Under the pieces are notes generated by a model. The model did no database searches. It was not told the origin of the DNA and saw only the letters and a program-made list of their open reading frames with translations. Positions 38,257 through 50,325 of a stretch of 64,000 bases of DNA are shown here, piece by piece. Position 1 is the first letter of the stretch; each line of letters starts with the position of its first letter. The stretch covers positions 82,090,001 to 82,154,000 of the forward strand of contig CM052817.1 of assembly GCA_028534125.1 (NCBI GenBank), read 5' to 3'. The stretch comes from Lama glama. Taxonomy: Eukaryota. The translations under genes were made by a program, and so were the position numbers.

Positions 38257-40949
38257 TGTATGATTAATACAAGAAAAGATAATGCGGATGGTAGCAAATT
38301 TAAAATTTCTTTGGCAGTGGCAAAAAATCTACTACAAATTACCCAGTGGCAGGTTTCATAGTCCTGACATCTAGGAGTTAACATAATACATTTTTTAATC
38401 TAAAAATAAAAATTTGTGGAATAAATGAATGAACAAACATAAAGGAGGTTGGTACCAGATACACAGCAGAGAAAATAAAGTGGGGAGAAATGACCTCCCT
38501 CTTTGCCTAGAATGTTTGCCCACGCCCGACCCGAATCTCCATGATCAGACTCTCCGCTCCATTTCTCCTAAAACATAAGTTGCCAGTCTCTCTCCTTTCT
38601 CTAATCAAGACCTACATGTGCATCTGAGTCCTGATGTTTTGGCAGCAGAAAGCCCCATTTTAGCCTTCCCTATAGGATTAGTAAAGGAAGCTGTGTTAGC
38701 CACCGCTTTCTTGTTGGGCCCTTGATCATTCCTAATTGAAAGTGAAACTTTGCATATATTGAGAGTGACTACTGGAAGTGGAAGCACTATCTAGACAGCA
38801 GGGATCTTCAGGCCAAGCTGCCTTGGGGAATTTCTTCCCACGATTATGCAGAACCAGTCCATGTTACAGCTTTCTTTCACCTTGCAAGTTGGTATCTATT
38901 AAACTTGGATGGAGGTTGGGCATCCCTTGATAAGCCACACTCATTTTGTCACAGATGAGTTCAAATCTCTCAGCTCACTTGCAGAAGTTACCCAATTTTT
39001 GACACAAGGGAAAACAGAGCAATACTCTCTGGAGCAGATGTCATAGTGAATGTCATAGACGCCAAGAGCCCTCGAGGGCTATGGAAATTTGTAATGGAAA
39101 GAAGTGTTTCTGTGTTAAATAATGTACCACTGTGAGATAAGTGGAGCTTTCTGAACTATAATTCTTTGACTTTTCCATGGTACATCAATGCTAAAATCTC
39201 ATGGTAATGATAAAGGGACTTCTGGTGCTGGTACTGGAATAATGAAGTCAATCAGGGTGGTCAGTCACACAGCTCTGCAGGTCCTCTGGCCAGCGAGCGG
39301 GGTCACTACCATGAGTTCCACGTCACTAGAGAGTAAAGACTGTAAAGACTTAGTGAAGTAGCACAATTTATCTCAATTGCTTTCAAGTCCTTTAATATGT
39401 TTGCTTCAAATATACTGATTTTGTTTTTTAGTAACAATTGACACACTAAATTTTGTTATTTACATCATGGTAGATTCTAGACAAAGTGAAGACAATGAGA
39501 ATGAGGACAAGCCATGTAAATTCTTATCAAGAATCACTATATTACAAAGCTTCTAGTAGTTTAATATGTTAAAATGCTAACTACATTTAGAAAGTAAGAA
39601 ATTTGTTTGGATTTTTGCAGATCAACACAACGTCCTTTTAAAAAATGGTGATGTGATCATACACTTAATTCTGACAGTAATTCACAAAACACAAAATCAT
39701 ACTTTTTCGCACCCTCTTCTATAATCTGGGTTGGAGATTGCAGTAATACAGAAGTATAAAAAATAATGTTCAGTACTCAAAAACAAATATCTTTTCTAAT
39801 TTCAATGCATCAAAGATACAAAAATTTACTATTATTGCCCTGAGCAGGTAAATAAAGCAGAATTTTATAACACTTTTATGATCAAAATCAGCTAGTGTTT
39901 ACTAAGAAACATATACTTAGGTATAGGTGAAATGATTCTGGAAGTATTCATTTGATATAATTATTAAGCCTATATAAAAATTAAATCATTTTCGGTGACA
40001 TTCCATGTTCAGATTACATCAGGAAACTGCACTTGAAATGTACATAGGTCAATCTAATTGCGTCTCTCACAGTCAAGGGTAAGGCAGTTCTCTGTAAAGG
40101 GCTCTGCTTTCCCCCTCTCCTTCTCTTTTTAGTGCTATTACAGGCACATGACACAGATGCAGCCTGACTGCTTGGACATTACTATCTGGTTCCCTGGTTG
40201 CTGGTAAGTCTGGGAAGAATTTATAGCTGGTATAAAGAGTACTTTTTTAAATATATTGCATCTCTACTCTATATTAAACCAGTAAGATATTAATAGGTGT
40301 ATAAGCCATTCCATTTGGGGTCAGTATTAACAGATTTTTAAGGACTAACTGTGCATTAGAAGAGCTCATAAAATTTTCACTCAAGTAATAGTACATCCTT
40401 CACCTGCATTCAGTCAATCTGCCTGGGGTGCAAATATGGTCCTGATGGTTCATTGTAGATGTGGGAAAAAAGCCAATTCATATAAATATCCTCAAGGTGA
40501 TCAATATAGGATAACAAAAGGTTGTTGACAAGACTCACAGTATTCCTCCTTTGGACAGACTGCCAAAGGTCAAAGTGGAAACAAAAATGGAGAAGACTAG
40601 GGACAATTAAGTTGAGTTTGCCAAACATTTAGGCCAGTAACTGTTTCGACAAATTTTAAAGCCGCCAATTTCAATGACTTCATGCCTCTAACCCATCCTT
40701 CTACATGCACTGAAGAATTGGAAGTTTAAACTGAAAATGGCGTGCCCTTTAAAAAGGGAAACAGTTGAGGCAAGAGTTTCTATGAATTCATACTTTATAT
40801 ATGTGCACAAACGTGTATCTTATTCTTTATAAAAGATGCCCCTCAGTGTAGTTCAAGAGGCCTTTATCAAAGAACAAACTGATTCTGTTATAAACACCAG
40901 AGGTCATATTATCTGCATAAGAAACAAATATGCACATATTTATTTAGTG

Positions 40950-41259
40950 TCAACCTTATCAACAAAAACACAGCTATTAATACTAGGCTAAATAACAGGA
41001 TTTGCTGGTAGGAGATGTAAGCAGAATATAGCTTATAAAATAAAAATAACACACATACCACCAGGTCTTATATTCACAAGAAAAGAGTTGTTCAGCACGG
41101 CAAGTATGATAAAGAGCTCAAATTTCAGAATAGGGAGAAATATCAAAATGTCATAAAACCCCTGAGGTTCAAATTTAATCACTGGATCAATTTTAGAAAA
41201 ATAGACTCACAGAATGAACAATGCTGCCATGGTTTCTCTGAATATATCCACTCATACAT
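40950..41259 (-). pseudogene. NUP58: Probable 3' UTR-derived continuation of the NUP58 retrocopy (distal end not determined)
   Basis: Non-repeat sequence directly after the stop-codon position on the minus strand. Retrocopies are primed at the poly(A) tail, so UTR sequence is expected here. The resemblance to the NUP58 3' UTR is from memory only, and I found no clear poly(A) remnant. Confidence 0.55.
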
Positions 41260-41952
41260 TTATCATTTTTCTTGTTTTATTTCCAGTTGGAGGTTTCTTC
41301 AACTGAAGAGTTACCCTCTTGTTCCAAAACCTGCAGAGACAGGGTTGGACTCCCTGGATGTCCCACCTGTGGGTACTGTGATGCTAGAGTTGCTGAAGTT
41401 AAATGTAGATGGATTTGAGCTGCCAAAGCTTGCTCTAAGATTACTGAAGGTTTATTTTTCCAAATTCAAATGTGACCTTGGTGGTGCTGTTTCTTAAGGG
41501 AGAACTGGTTCCAAAACTTTGAATTTGAAGACCTTAGCTACTGTCTTGCAAGTCAGTGCCAATGCCTGCATTGCATCTTCTCTAACCTCAGCTTCATAAA
41601 AGGATGAAGCCTTAGCCTTGTTGGCAGCCTTGCTGTTCTCAGTGCTGGGGTGCTGTCTGTGCTGCCTTATTCGCCTGTTGCTGAGAAGGACGAGTCTGGT
41701 AGTAACTCTGAGTGTATTCTGCCACGCCTTCACTTCTGCTGGCTTGACTTCACACATCTCTACAGCATCTCCCAAACTTTTTCTGTAGTGAAGGTATTGT
41801 TCTTTGAGCACATTTAGATTTTAACAGTAAACTAAAGTTGCACAGCCAAAGCTGCAAATTCTGATAAGTTTTGGAAAGCCCCTGACAAATCTTGAGGAGA
41901 GATACATGAATTATTAGCTTGGGTGGCAAGATGGTTTTCTAATTCTTCAATC
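41260..41952 (-). pseudogene. NUP58: Processed, 5'-truncated pseudogene of nucleoporin NUP58 (NUPL1), covering the C-terminal coiled-coil end and the FG-repeat tail
   Basis: Manual minus-strand translation across frameshifts gives IEELENHLATQANNSCISPQDLS..FAALAVQL*..VLKEQYLHYRKSLGDAVEMCEVKPAEVKAWQNTLRVTT..GIGTDLQ..FGTSS..STT..TFEFG..NKPS..SFGSSNPSTFNFSNSSIT..SNPVSAGFGTRG*..LQLKKPPTGNKTRK. This is collinear with the mammalian NUP58 C-terminus as I recall it (IEELENHLATQANNSHITPQDLS..VLKEQYLGYRKMFLGDAVDVFETRRAEAKKWQNTPRVTT..SNPASAGFGTGGQLLQLKKPPAGNKRGKR*). There are no introns over about 690 bp, and several in-frame stops and frameshifts. Confidence 0.93.
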
Positions 41953-42085
41953 ACAAAAAGAAGATACAAAAATCATTCCAAATCCTTCCAGACTGGAATA
42001 AACATTGTTAGCTATGAGTGAACCTAGCTTCAAATATTTCTCTTGTGTGTATACATATACATAGAAAAATGAAAAGATAGAAACC

Positions 42086-42086
<1 letters not shown>

Positions 42087-42125
<39 letters not shown>
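42087..42125. repeat. (TG)19 microsatellite
   Basis: Seen directly. Confidence 0.97.
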
Positions 42126-42128
<3 letters not shown>

Positions 42129-43440
42129 CTATTATAGGTTTTTACTTTGTGGTTATCATGAAGTTCATAAATAAATAAATGCATGCATGACCAAATGATT
42201 GTTTTAAGTTGAACTCTTAAGGATGAATGCATTGTAACAATTCTGCTTTTTTATTTCCCTCCCTTGTTTAATGTTTCTGACACGATGTTTTATACCCCTT
42301 TGTTTTCTGTATCCCTTAATAACTACATGTTGTGGGTACAGATAATTTTACTACTTTCATCTTTTAATCTTCCTACTAGCTTTAGAAGTGGTTGATCTAC
42401 TACTGTTAATGTATGTTTGCCTTTACCATTAAGATTTTTCCTTTTGTAATTTTCATATTTCTAGTTTTCATCTTTTCTTTTCTGCTTAAAATCTCTCTAA
42501 CATTTCTTGTAAAGCCGGTTTAGTTGGGGTGAGCTCTTTTAACTTTTGTTTTTCCCTTGCTGCTTTTAAGATTTTCTATCTTTAATTTTTGCCATTTAAA
42601 TATTATGTGTCTTGGTGTGGGTTCATTTTGTTTGGGACGCTCTGTGCTTTTTAAACTTGGATGTCTGCTTCCTTCCCCTTATTTCAGCTATTGTTTCTTC
42701 AAATAAGATTTTCATCAAGTAAGTTCTCTGCCCCTTTCTCTCTGTTTTCCTGGGACACCTAGAATGCTAGTATGCTTGATGTTTTAATCAGAGGTCTCTT
42801 AAACTATTCTCATTCTTTTTTAATAATCTTTTTTTTTTGACCAGCTTGGGTGATTGTCTCTACTCTTTCTTCCAGTTCGATGACTCGTTTCTCTGTATCA
42901 TGTAATCTACTGTTGATTCCTTCTGGTGTATTTATTATTTCAGTGTAGTCTTCAGCTCTGTTTGGTTCTTCTTTATATTTTCTAACTCTCAGTTAAATGT
43001 CTCACAGTGATCATCCATCTTTCTCCCAAGTTCATTGAGCCTTTTTATGATCATTAGTCTTCTCATTTTGCCTAATGCTCTGTTTTTATTTCTGTGTATT
43101 TGGTAAGTTGGTTATTTTTATTTCCTGAGCTTGGAGAAGTGGCCTTTTGTGGGAGACGTTCTACAGGGCCCAGCAGTACACTTTACTCTGCTCACCAGAG
43201 CTGTATGCTCTCTGGTTGCTCTCTTTGTGGGCTTCATGGACACTTCTGCTCTGTAGGAGCCAACTAATGTGGGTATGCTGGTAGGTGGCGCTGGCCCCTG
43301 GCCAGGTTGACTGCCAGACAATGCCTCTTGTGGTGGCAGCCGACTGCTGATGGGCAGGGCCAGGTCGTGATGTGACTGGCTATGAAGTCCAGGGGGACTT
43401 AGGGCTGGTGCCAACTCATTGGTGGGTAGGGTACACATAA
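42126..43440 (-). mobile_element. LINE-1 5' UTR/ORF1 fragment with internal deletions
   Basis: T-rich antisense ORF1 motifs (acatttcttgtaaagccggtttag, ctcttgctgcttttaagatt-like, tcagctattgtttcttcaaata, atctactgttgattccttctggtgtattt), then a GC-richer 5' UTR-like segment at 43125-43440. Confidence 0.8.
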
Positions 43441-43920
43441 TGTTTGGAGGAAAGTTTTCTTGATGTTGTGTAATTTTCTTTCCTTGTTTCTTCTATACTT
43501 CTAGTTTGGAGTAAGAAGATATACATTTTTTTTTTGATGTTTCAAGTGTTACCAGACATATGTAAACAGACTTAAAGTTCACTTCTCAGTCATTGTTAAC
43601 TATAAACATCACTGTTGTTTATTGTCTACTTTTTTATTCCTCTTCCTATTCTTCAGCATAATTTATTTTAATGAGTGGCTCTAGCACTTGCTAATGTAGT
43701 TTTATATACAAGTATTAGTATCTATTTTCTATCAGGCTCCCTGTTCATTTAATTATGTAAACATTTAAGTAATTAGAACAAAGTTAACATTACTCATCTA
43801 TAAAACATCAATGAGCTAGTTTTTTTTACTAAAAAATTAAAATTTCACTTGACAGATTGATAAACCATAAAAGAATTTTAATATTTTCCAAACAAGGGCT
43901 TTGCAAAGTTTTTGTGATAG

Positions 43921-44230
43921 AGGGATCAAATATGGTGGTGTAGGAAGACACTGAACTCATCTTCACCCACAGACACACAGAATCTACACTTGTATATACA
44001 GCAACTCCTACTAAGGAAGAACTGAGAGCTGATTGAACAGCTTCTGCATGACAAACCACTGAGGGATCACAGACAGATGGGTAGCAGAGATGGCGATACA
44101 GAAGCAATGAGAACACCACCCCCAACCTAGCAACCTGCAGTAGGGAGAAGAATCACTGAGGGGCCCACGGGCAGACTCACCCACCCTGGGCACAGTGAGA
44201 AAGCAGCAGCTTAAAGGGTACTCAGACTAT
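43921..44230 (+). mobile_element. LINE-1 extreme 5' end (promoter region) fragment
   Basis: agggatcaaatatggtggtgtaggaagacactgaactcatcttcacccac is a CpG-decayed form of the L1 start ..caagatggcggcgtaggaagacgctgagctcacc (YY1 motif). Confidence 0.7.
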
Positions 44231-44289
44231 ATTAACGGTACTCAGATCAATTTATTAATCCTTGATCATCTGTCAGATAGGTAGGAACA

Positions 44290-44510
44290 CAAGATGTGAG
44301 GCAAAAAGACATAACAATATTTTGTGAAACTGTTTCAAGTAGAGAAAGCAGCAAGTGCAAAGGCCCTAAGATGAGAATGTGTTTTATGTGTTTGAGAGCA
44401 GGAAAAAAAATGAAAAGTTTTACGGCTAGGGGAACAAGGGTAAAATAGCAAGAGATGATATTGTGGAGGCAGCAAGGCTCCAAATCATACGGGGCCTGGT
44501 AGGCCTTTGA
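44290..44510 (-). mobile_element. LINE-2 fragment
   Basis: tgtttcaagtagagaaagcagcaagtgcaaaggccctaagatgagaatgtg..tgtttgagagcagg..ggggcctggtaggcc. Confidence 0.75.
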
Positions 44511-45799
44511 TCAGTTTTCTGGCTCTGTTGTTTGGTGACCCTCTTGGTGTCATCATCCTTCATTGGCAGGCCTTCTCCTCCATGGAACTGAATTGATTGC
44601 AGAAATTCAAATGACCCATCTGTATGTCATACTATTCTGAAGGGAGAACTTTTCTTCCAAATACTATCAAATTAAAATCATAAAATTTCCTGTGTTAGAT
44701 CCAATTAGATTATATTTCTATATCTGAGCTGGTCATGAGGGACAGGAGAATGTCTGACACTGAGAGAGTTTCTGAGTGCCCTAACCATGCCATAGCAGAG
44801 GCCTCAATACTCACAGTGTATCTTAAAAATCCCTTTTATTGCATCAACCATCTATTAAAATACTCATAGCCCCTAGAAAATAATGTCTAACCTACTAATC
44901 TACTTGCCATCTTGATTTTAAAAGCATTTGGTTAATTTGAGATTTGTTATACCTGCCCAGTGAGTATGATATATTCATTTTCACACCAATGTTTTTGTTT
45001 GTATTTTCCATCATTTGGAGCATTCCTTCCTCTGTAACTTGGACTGTCTAAATTCTCATCATCCTCTGTGGCAAGCACAAGCCTTACCTCTTTAATAAAA
45101 ACATCCACAAATACTTAATACTCATTGCTCTCTACATTTATCAATCACTACATTGTATAGAACACAATCAACATGATGGTCTTATAACTGATTATAATCT
45201 ATATAATATAGTTTTTTTTTAATTCACTAATTGCATTGTATATGTCTTCTTCAATTAGATTTTGGGAGCCAAAACTGAGAGGAGGGAACATGATAAATAC
45301 TAACTTTGTGTTCATTCATAATCTTTTCTGAGAACATGTCTTTGAATAAGTATGAGTAATTGATAAAACAGCATATATTTGTTCTATTGATAATTAATTT
45401 ATAGTATTATACAAACATTGATTTTGATTAATTGGCACATTACCAGAGTATCCTGTGATTACTGCTATAGACAATTTACCATCATCAAGCTAGCATACGA
45501 ATAATCACTAGGTCACAAAAGAATATTTACAACATTTAAGTAAAAAACCCATAGACGAAAATGGATAAATTAAAGACATCATCATCAACTTACTAGCTTA
45601 TCTTAATTACACTTTTTGTATTCTAGTTTACTTATTGCCAGAAAGAAAAGAAGAAAAATAAGAATGAGAAAGCAAAAAAAAGAGAGAAAAGAGAGAAGAA
45701 AAAGAGACTTGAAAACTACTATTTCAAAGTGTCCAATATTCAAACATCTGGTTTTGAATCTGCTATATCTGATATAGCTATTGCAAATATTTTCCTGGT

Positions 45800-46873
45800 G
45801 ATGAGTTTTTAGATAAAACAGCAAAAAAGCATGATCCAAAAGTATGATTCGTGAAAAAAACAGACAGGTTACACTTTATGAAAATTAGACTTTTTGCATT
45901 GCAAAAAACACTGCTAAGAGAATGAAAAGACAAGCCATAGGCTAGGAGAAAATAGTAGCAAAATATTTACCTATTAGGGAACTTGTATCCAAAATATACA
46001 AAGAATTCTTAAGATCAACAAGAAGAAAATACATAACCATTTTTTAAAAGCGGGCAAAAGATCTGGACAGATACCTCACCAAGGGAGATATGCAGGCAGA
46101 AAATAGGCATATGAAAAGATGTTCAACATTACTGTCATCAGAGAATTACAGATTAAAAAAGCAAGATATCACTACAAATGTACTAGAATGGCTAAAATCC
46201 AAAGCACTGATAATATCAATCACTGGCAAGAAAGCAGAGCAGTAAAACTCTCACTCATTTCTGGTAGGAATTCAAAATGTTACAGCCTCTTTGGGAGTAA
46301 ATCTGGCAGTTTCCTTGCAAATCTAAACATAATCTTACCATGTGATGCAGAAACTCTACTCCTAGATTACTGACCTTACTGATTTGAAAATATCTGTCCA
46401 AAAACTTGCATGCTTTATTCTCAACTGTCAAAAACTGGAAGCAACCAAGGTGTCCTTCAATAGGTGAATGGGTGAACTGTGTTATATCCATACAATAAAT
46501 TAATATTCAGCAATTAAAACATGAGCCACTGAGTCATGCAAAGCAACTGATGAATCTTAAACATATTGTTAAGTGAAAAAAGTTAGTCTGAGAAAGTAAT
46601 ATGAGAAGGTAGCATATAACGTATGGTTATAGAGTCAGGGGTTAGCATACACACATAAATACGTTTCCTTGTACTGTTGACTTACAGGACCTAGAATCAA
46701 TGACATACCAGTAGCTATGTGCACACCTAGCCCACAGATACTGGTTTCTAATACTGCCCTCAAATAAAGGGAACCAAGACTCCCTGGAGAACAACTCTTT
46801 TTAGGATTGGGGTAGGAAATAAACATGATTAGCCTGGAACTTCTTGTAATGCCAGAAACAGAAAATGCTTGAA

Positions 46874-46916
<43 letters not shown>

Positions 46917-47850
46917 TGAGACATACCAAAGGGATACAGGAGCCAACTGAAAAGCTCCCAATGGCCAAAGCTGAAACAATTTAAGTAACAAGGTGAAGTA
47001 TTAGATTATAACCCAGTGTATAAAATGAACACTCAAGAGTCCATACTGATATAAAGAAATGACTGAAGGAATGAATGAATAAATAAATAAATAAATAAAT
47101 TGGGAGAAGAGACAAACTTGCTATACAGAAAAATTCCAAATCATATGTGTAGATATTGTGCCATCAAGGAGGTGAAGCATAACCTCCCAGTCCCTGTACA
47201 TGGATTGCACGCAGTAGCTTCCTTCCAAAGGAGGCAGTACGGAATGGTGGTGGGGCGGGGGGAGAGGGGAGGCAGTAAGTTTTCAGTGGAGAAACCTGAG
47301 AAACACTGCCTTAGCCAGATGCTTAAGGTCAACATTAGCAGTGATACGTCATGTATCCTTGATAAGATATGATGAAAATGGTACTTTACCCTGTGGTCTT
47401 CCTCCTCAAACCCCATAACCCAAGTATAACCATGAGGAAAAAAATCAGACAAATTCTCGTTGAGAGACATTCTTCAAAATACCTGACCAGTACTCCGCAA
47501 AACTGTCAAGGTCATCAAAGACAAGGATTGAACATCTAAGAAACTATCACAGTCATGCGAAACCTAACGGTACATGATGACTGGATGTAGTGTGTAGGAT
47601 TTCCTAGATGGAATCCTGCAACATGAAAAGAGTATTAGATAAAAACCGACCTGGATAAATTATGGATTTTAATGAAGAATAACATAGCAATATTGGCTCC
47701 TTAATTCTAACAAAAGTACCATGCTAATGTAAGATATTACTAATAAGGAAAAATGGGTACAGAAATATGGGAACTCTCTGTGCTATCCCTACAATTCTCT
47801 GTAAGTCTAAACTGTCCAAAAGTAAAAAGTTTATTTAAAAATAATTTAAA
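45800..47850 (+). mobile_element. Old LINE-1 3' portion with a long 3' UTR (L1MD/L1MC-like)
   Basis: ORF2-end motifs (aagagaatgaaaagacaagcca, aaaactggaagcaaccaaggtgtccttcaataggtgaatgg) and UTR hallmarks (ggagccaactgaaaagctcccaatggccaaagctg, aaaactgtcaaggtcatcaaa, tatgggaactctctgtgctat..taaactgtccaaaagtaaaaagtttatt). Confidence 0.9.
46877..46914. repeat. (CA)19 microsatellite inside the L1 3' UTR
   Basis: Seen directly. Confidence 0.97.
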
Positions 47851-50174
47851 TTCCAACTCCTCAATAAAATGAAACAAAGCAAAAAATATTATTGTCCCTT
47901 TAAATATGGGTCAGGAGCTCTAAGTCAATTCATTATAATAACAGGCTATGCAATGCATATTAATGCAAAAAGAGAACACTGTACACATTTTTCACCCCTC
48001 TAACCCAAACTCATTTTTTAAGAATCCAGAAGAGACTGTCTAGATGGTCATGCAGTGACAGCCCTGGAGTGTGTAAACATCTGGATGGTCATTTTCTGTG
48101 TTTTGCCTCTAAAAATGTCTGAATATTTCAAGGCAAAATAGCATTAAAATATCCTGAATACGAAAATATTAATAATATACTAAAACGGAAGGGTTCTAGG
48201 TCTGATGGAAAAACAGTCCAATAACAAGACTTATTTTCAAAACCTAATCTTTAACAATAAAAAACACCTTTGTAATTCAGGCCTGTAGGTATTTCTTTCA
48301 TTAGTGAAATCTTTTGAATGCCCTAAATAATTGCTTTCAGAAGCCAGCAACTCAAATTGAAGTTAGAAGTATTGTTTATACAGGTGGTTTGCCTACTGGA
48401 AGTCAAAATTCTTACTTTCGTTGTTCTTATCAATTATTCTGAGACTCTGTTTAGTGTCTGCAAGTTTTTATAACAACAGAAGACTCTTTTTAAAAATTGC
48501 TGACATAACATTTATCAATTTATTCTAAGAGTAACATTCTGTTTCCAAATAAAAAAAAAATCAAGAGTGGAGGAAAATGCTTGGATGATTAAATATTTTC
48601 AGTTATATGATTCTCTCAGATTTAAATATTTAAAGTATGTCAATAAAATTAATAATATGCAATGTTCTTAGAAGTACGAGGTTGACTCAGAATAGATTAG
48701 AAGTATTGTCGGTATTGTCAATAATGAGCTCAAGAACTTACACAATCTAGACATTAAAAAAAATCATTTTAATGAAAAGGTAAGAATGTTTCCAGAAGTA
48801 CACAAGAGAGCTCCTGGATTGAAATTATTCACATTATTAAAAAAGCAGGTACTTGGTTGGGGGCTGTAGGTAAAGCGAGGGTTGCTCAACCAGGGAAGCA
48901 CAGAAACTGGAGAGGTCAGAGGCAAGAGAAGGTTATGGCCATTACTCATGTAAGTGCTGGGTATGAGACGTGATCGTCATATTCTACTAGTAAGTTTCTG
49001 AATCATGGATCTATCCAGGGGACTGATGGTCAGCATTAACCTTCAGGAATGTAAGCTTCCATCTCAGGTACTCACATGTCTCTAACGGGGAACTTCTACT
49101 TTCCCGCTACTAATTACACAAAAGACAGAAGATGAACTTCAGAAGTAAACATTCAGAATTACCAGAGAGAAGAAGAAAAGGCGAGGGAAATTCAATAGTC
49201 TTTGGATGCTCCAGCTAGGCATATACCCACTCTGCCAGAAGGGAGGGAAGAGCATTAGGTCAGAGATGTTTCAGGGCAGATGAGCCCACGTGGGATTTAT
49301 AACTCATTTTTTAAATTGAGAGCCCAAAGGGTCTCATTCCCATCAACCTCTGTGATAATAATACAGTGTACACAGGATTTTCCTAGGGTGAAAAAGGTCA
49401 TATGATTCATTCTGGAAGCTGGAGGCTTCAGAGTGCTTTCTCATTGGCCTGGCAGCTGAGTCGGTCTAAAGAGAATAGTAAAAGTGCAGGGTTGCATCAG
49501 TCTAAAAAAGTAGTGAACCAACATCACACAGTATAGGAAGAGCTTCTTGTCACCTAATTCTTATTCTGAAACCTCGCTCACTGAGCAAGCTAGTGAATAC
49601 AGCGTGGCTTCCCCAAAGGAGTATCAGCAAGGAGACAATGTTCTGGCCAGAGGACTCAAGTGCCTGGTCCCCTCATTGTAAATTACTAAATCAGGGCTTT
49701 GATTTTTAAAATAAATCCCTTGAGCTTATTTAATATCACTGGGCCCCTTAGAAATAGACAACTAGTTTTCAGACTCTGGAAAGGCTGGGGGCCAGACTCG
49801 GAGCCAAGCAAATCTACCAAGGTAATGAGACTCTAAGAGGTCTGTTGGAAGGCAGCCTGCTGGCATTCCCTAGCAACACTCCCTCTTCTTCATGGTTTGA
49901 GCCAAGTCTGATCATTTTTCCAAGGTGAACTCTGCAATGGGTATTTTGTAGTAACAAAATTAAAATAATACTGTTCATTTGTGCAGCTTGCTGTGGTTTA
50001 AAACATGTTTTCATAGAGATGATTACATTTAATAAAGAAGTTTTTAAAGCATATTTATTGTTCCACTCATTTTACAGACGAAGAAATAAAACCCGGATGT
50101 GTCATGTGCCCATACATTTTGCTCTCATATCAGACTTTTTTCCTTCAAAAATACTACCCTCTGGAAGGAAGCAT

Positions 50175-50325
50175 GAGCAGGAAGTGTTCCTGATGCAGGT
50201 ACAGTTCTGTTTACTGAGTGGGATGCTGGTTACACAGGTGTGTTCAATTTGTGAAAATGCATCAATCTAGACACGTGAAATGTACATGTTTATGTAAACA
50301 ATTATACTTTAAATTAAAGTCAATT
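50175..50325 (+). mobile_element. Ancient L1M (L1ME/MB-like) 3' terminus
   Basis: gttctgtttactgagtgggatgctggttacacaggtgtgttcaatttgtgaaaatgcatcaa..ttatactttaaattaaa. Confidence 0.7.

Noticed and set aside
41260..41952. Functional NUP58 gene or intact retrogene
   Set aside because: 5'-truncated, with several stops and frameshifts and no introns.
39813..41973. 13-bp direct repeat aagatacaaaaat (about 39813-39825 and 41961-41973) as the retrocopy TSD
   Set aside because: It is offset about 8 nt from the end of homology, has no adjacent poly(T), and is A-rich. Worth rechecking only after aligning the NUP58 3' UTR.
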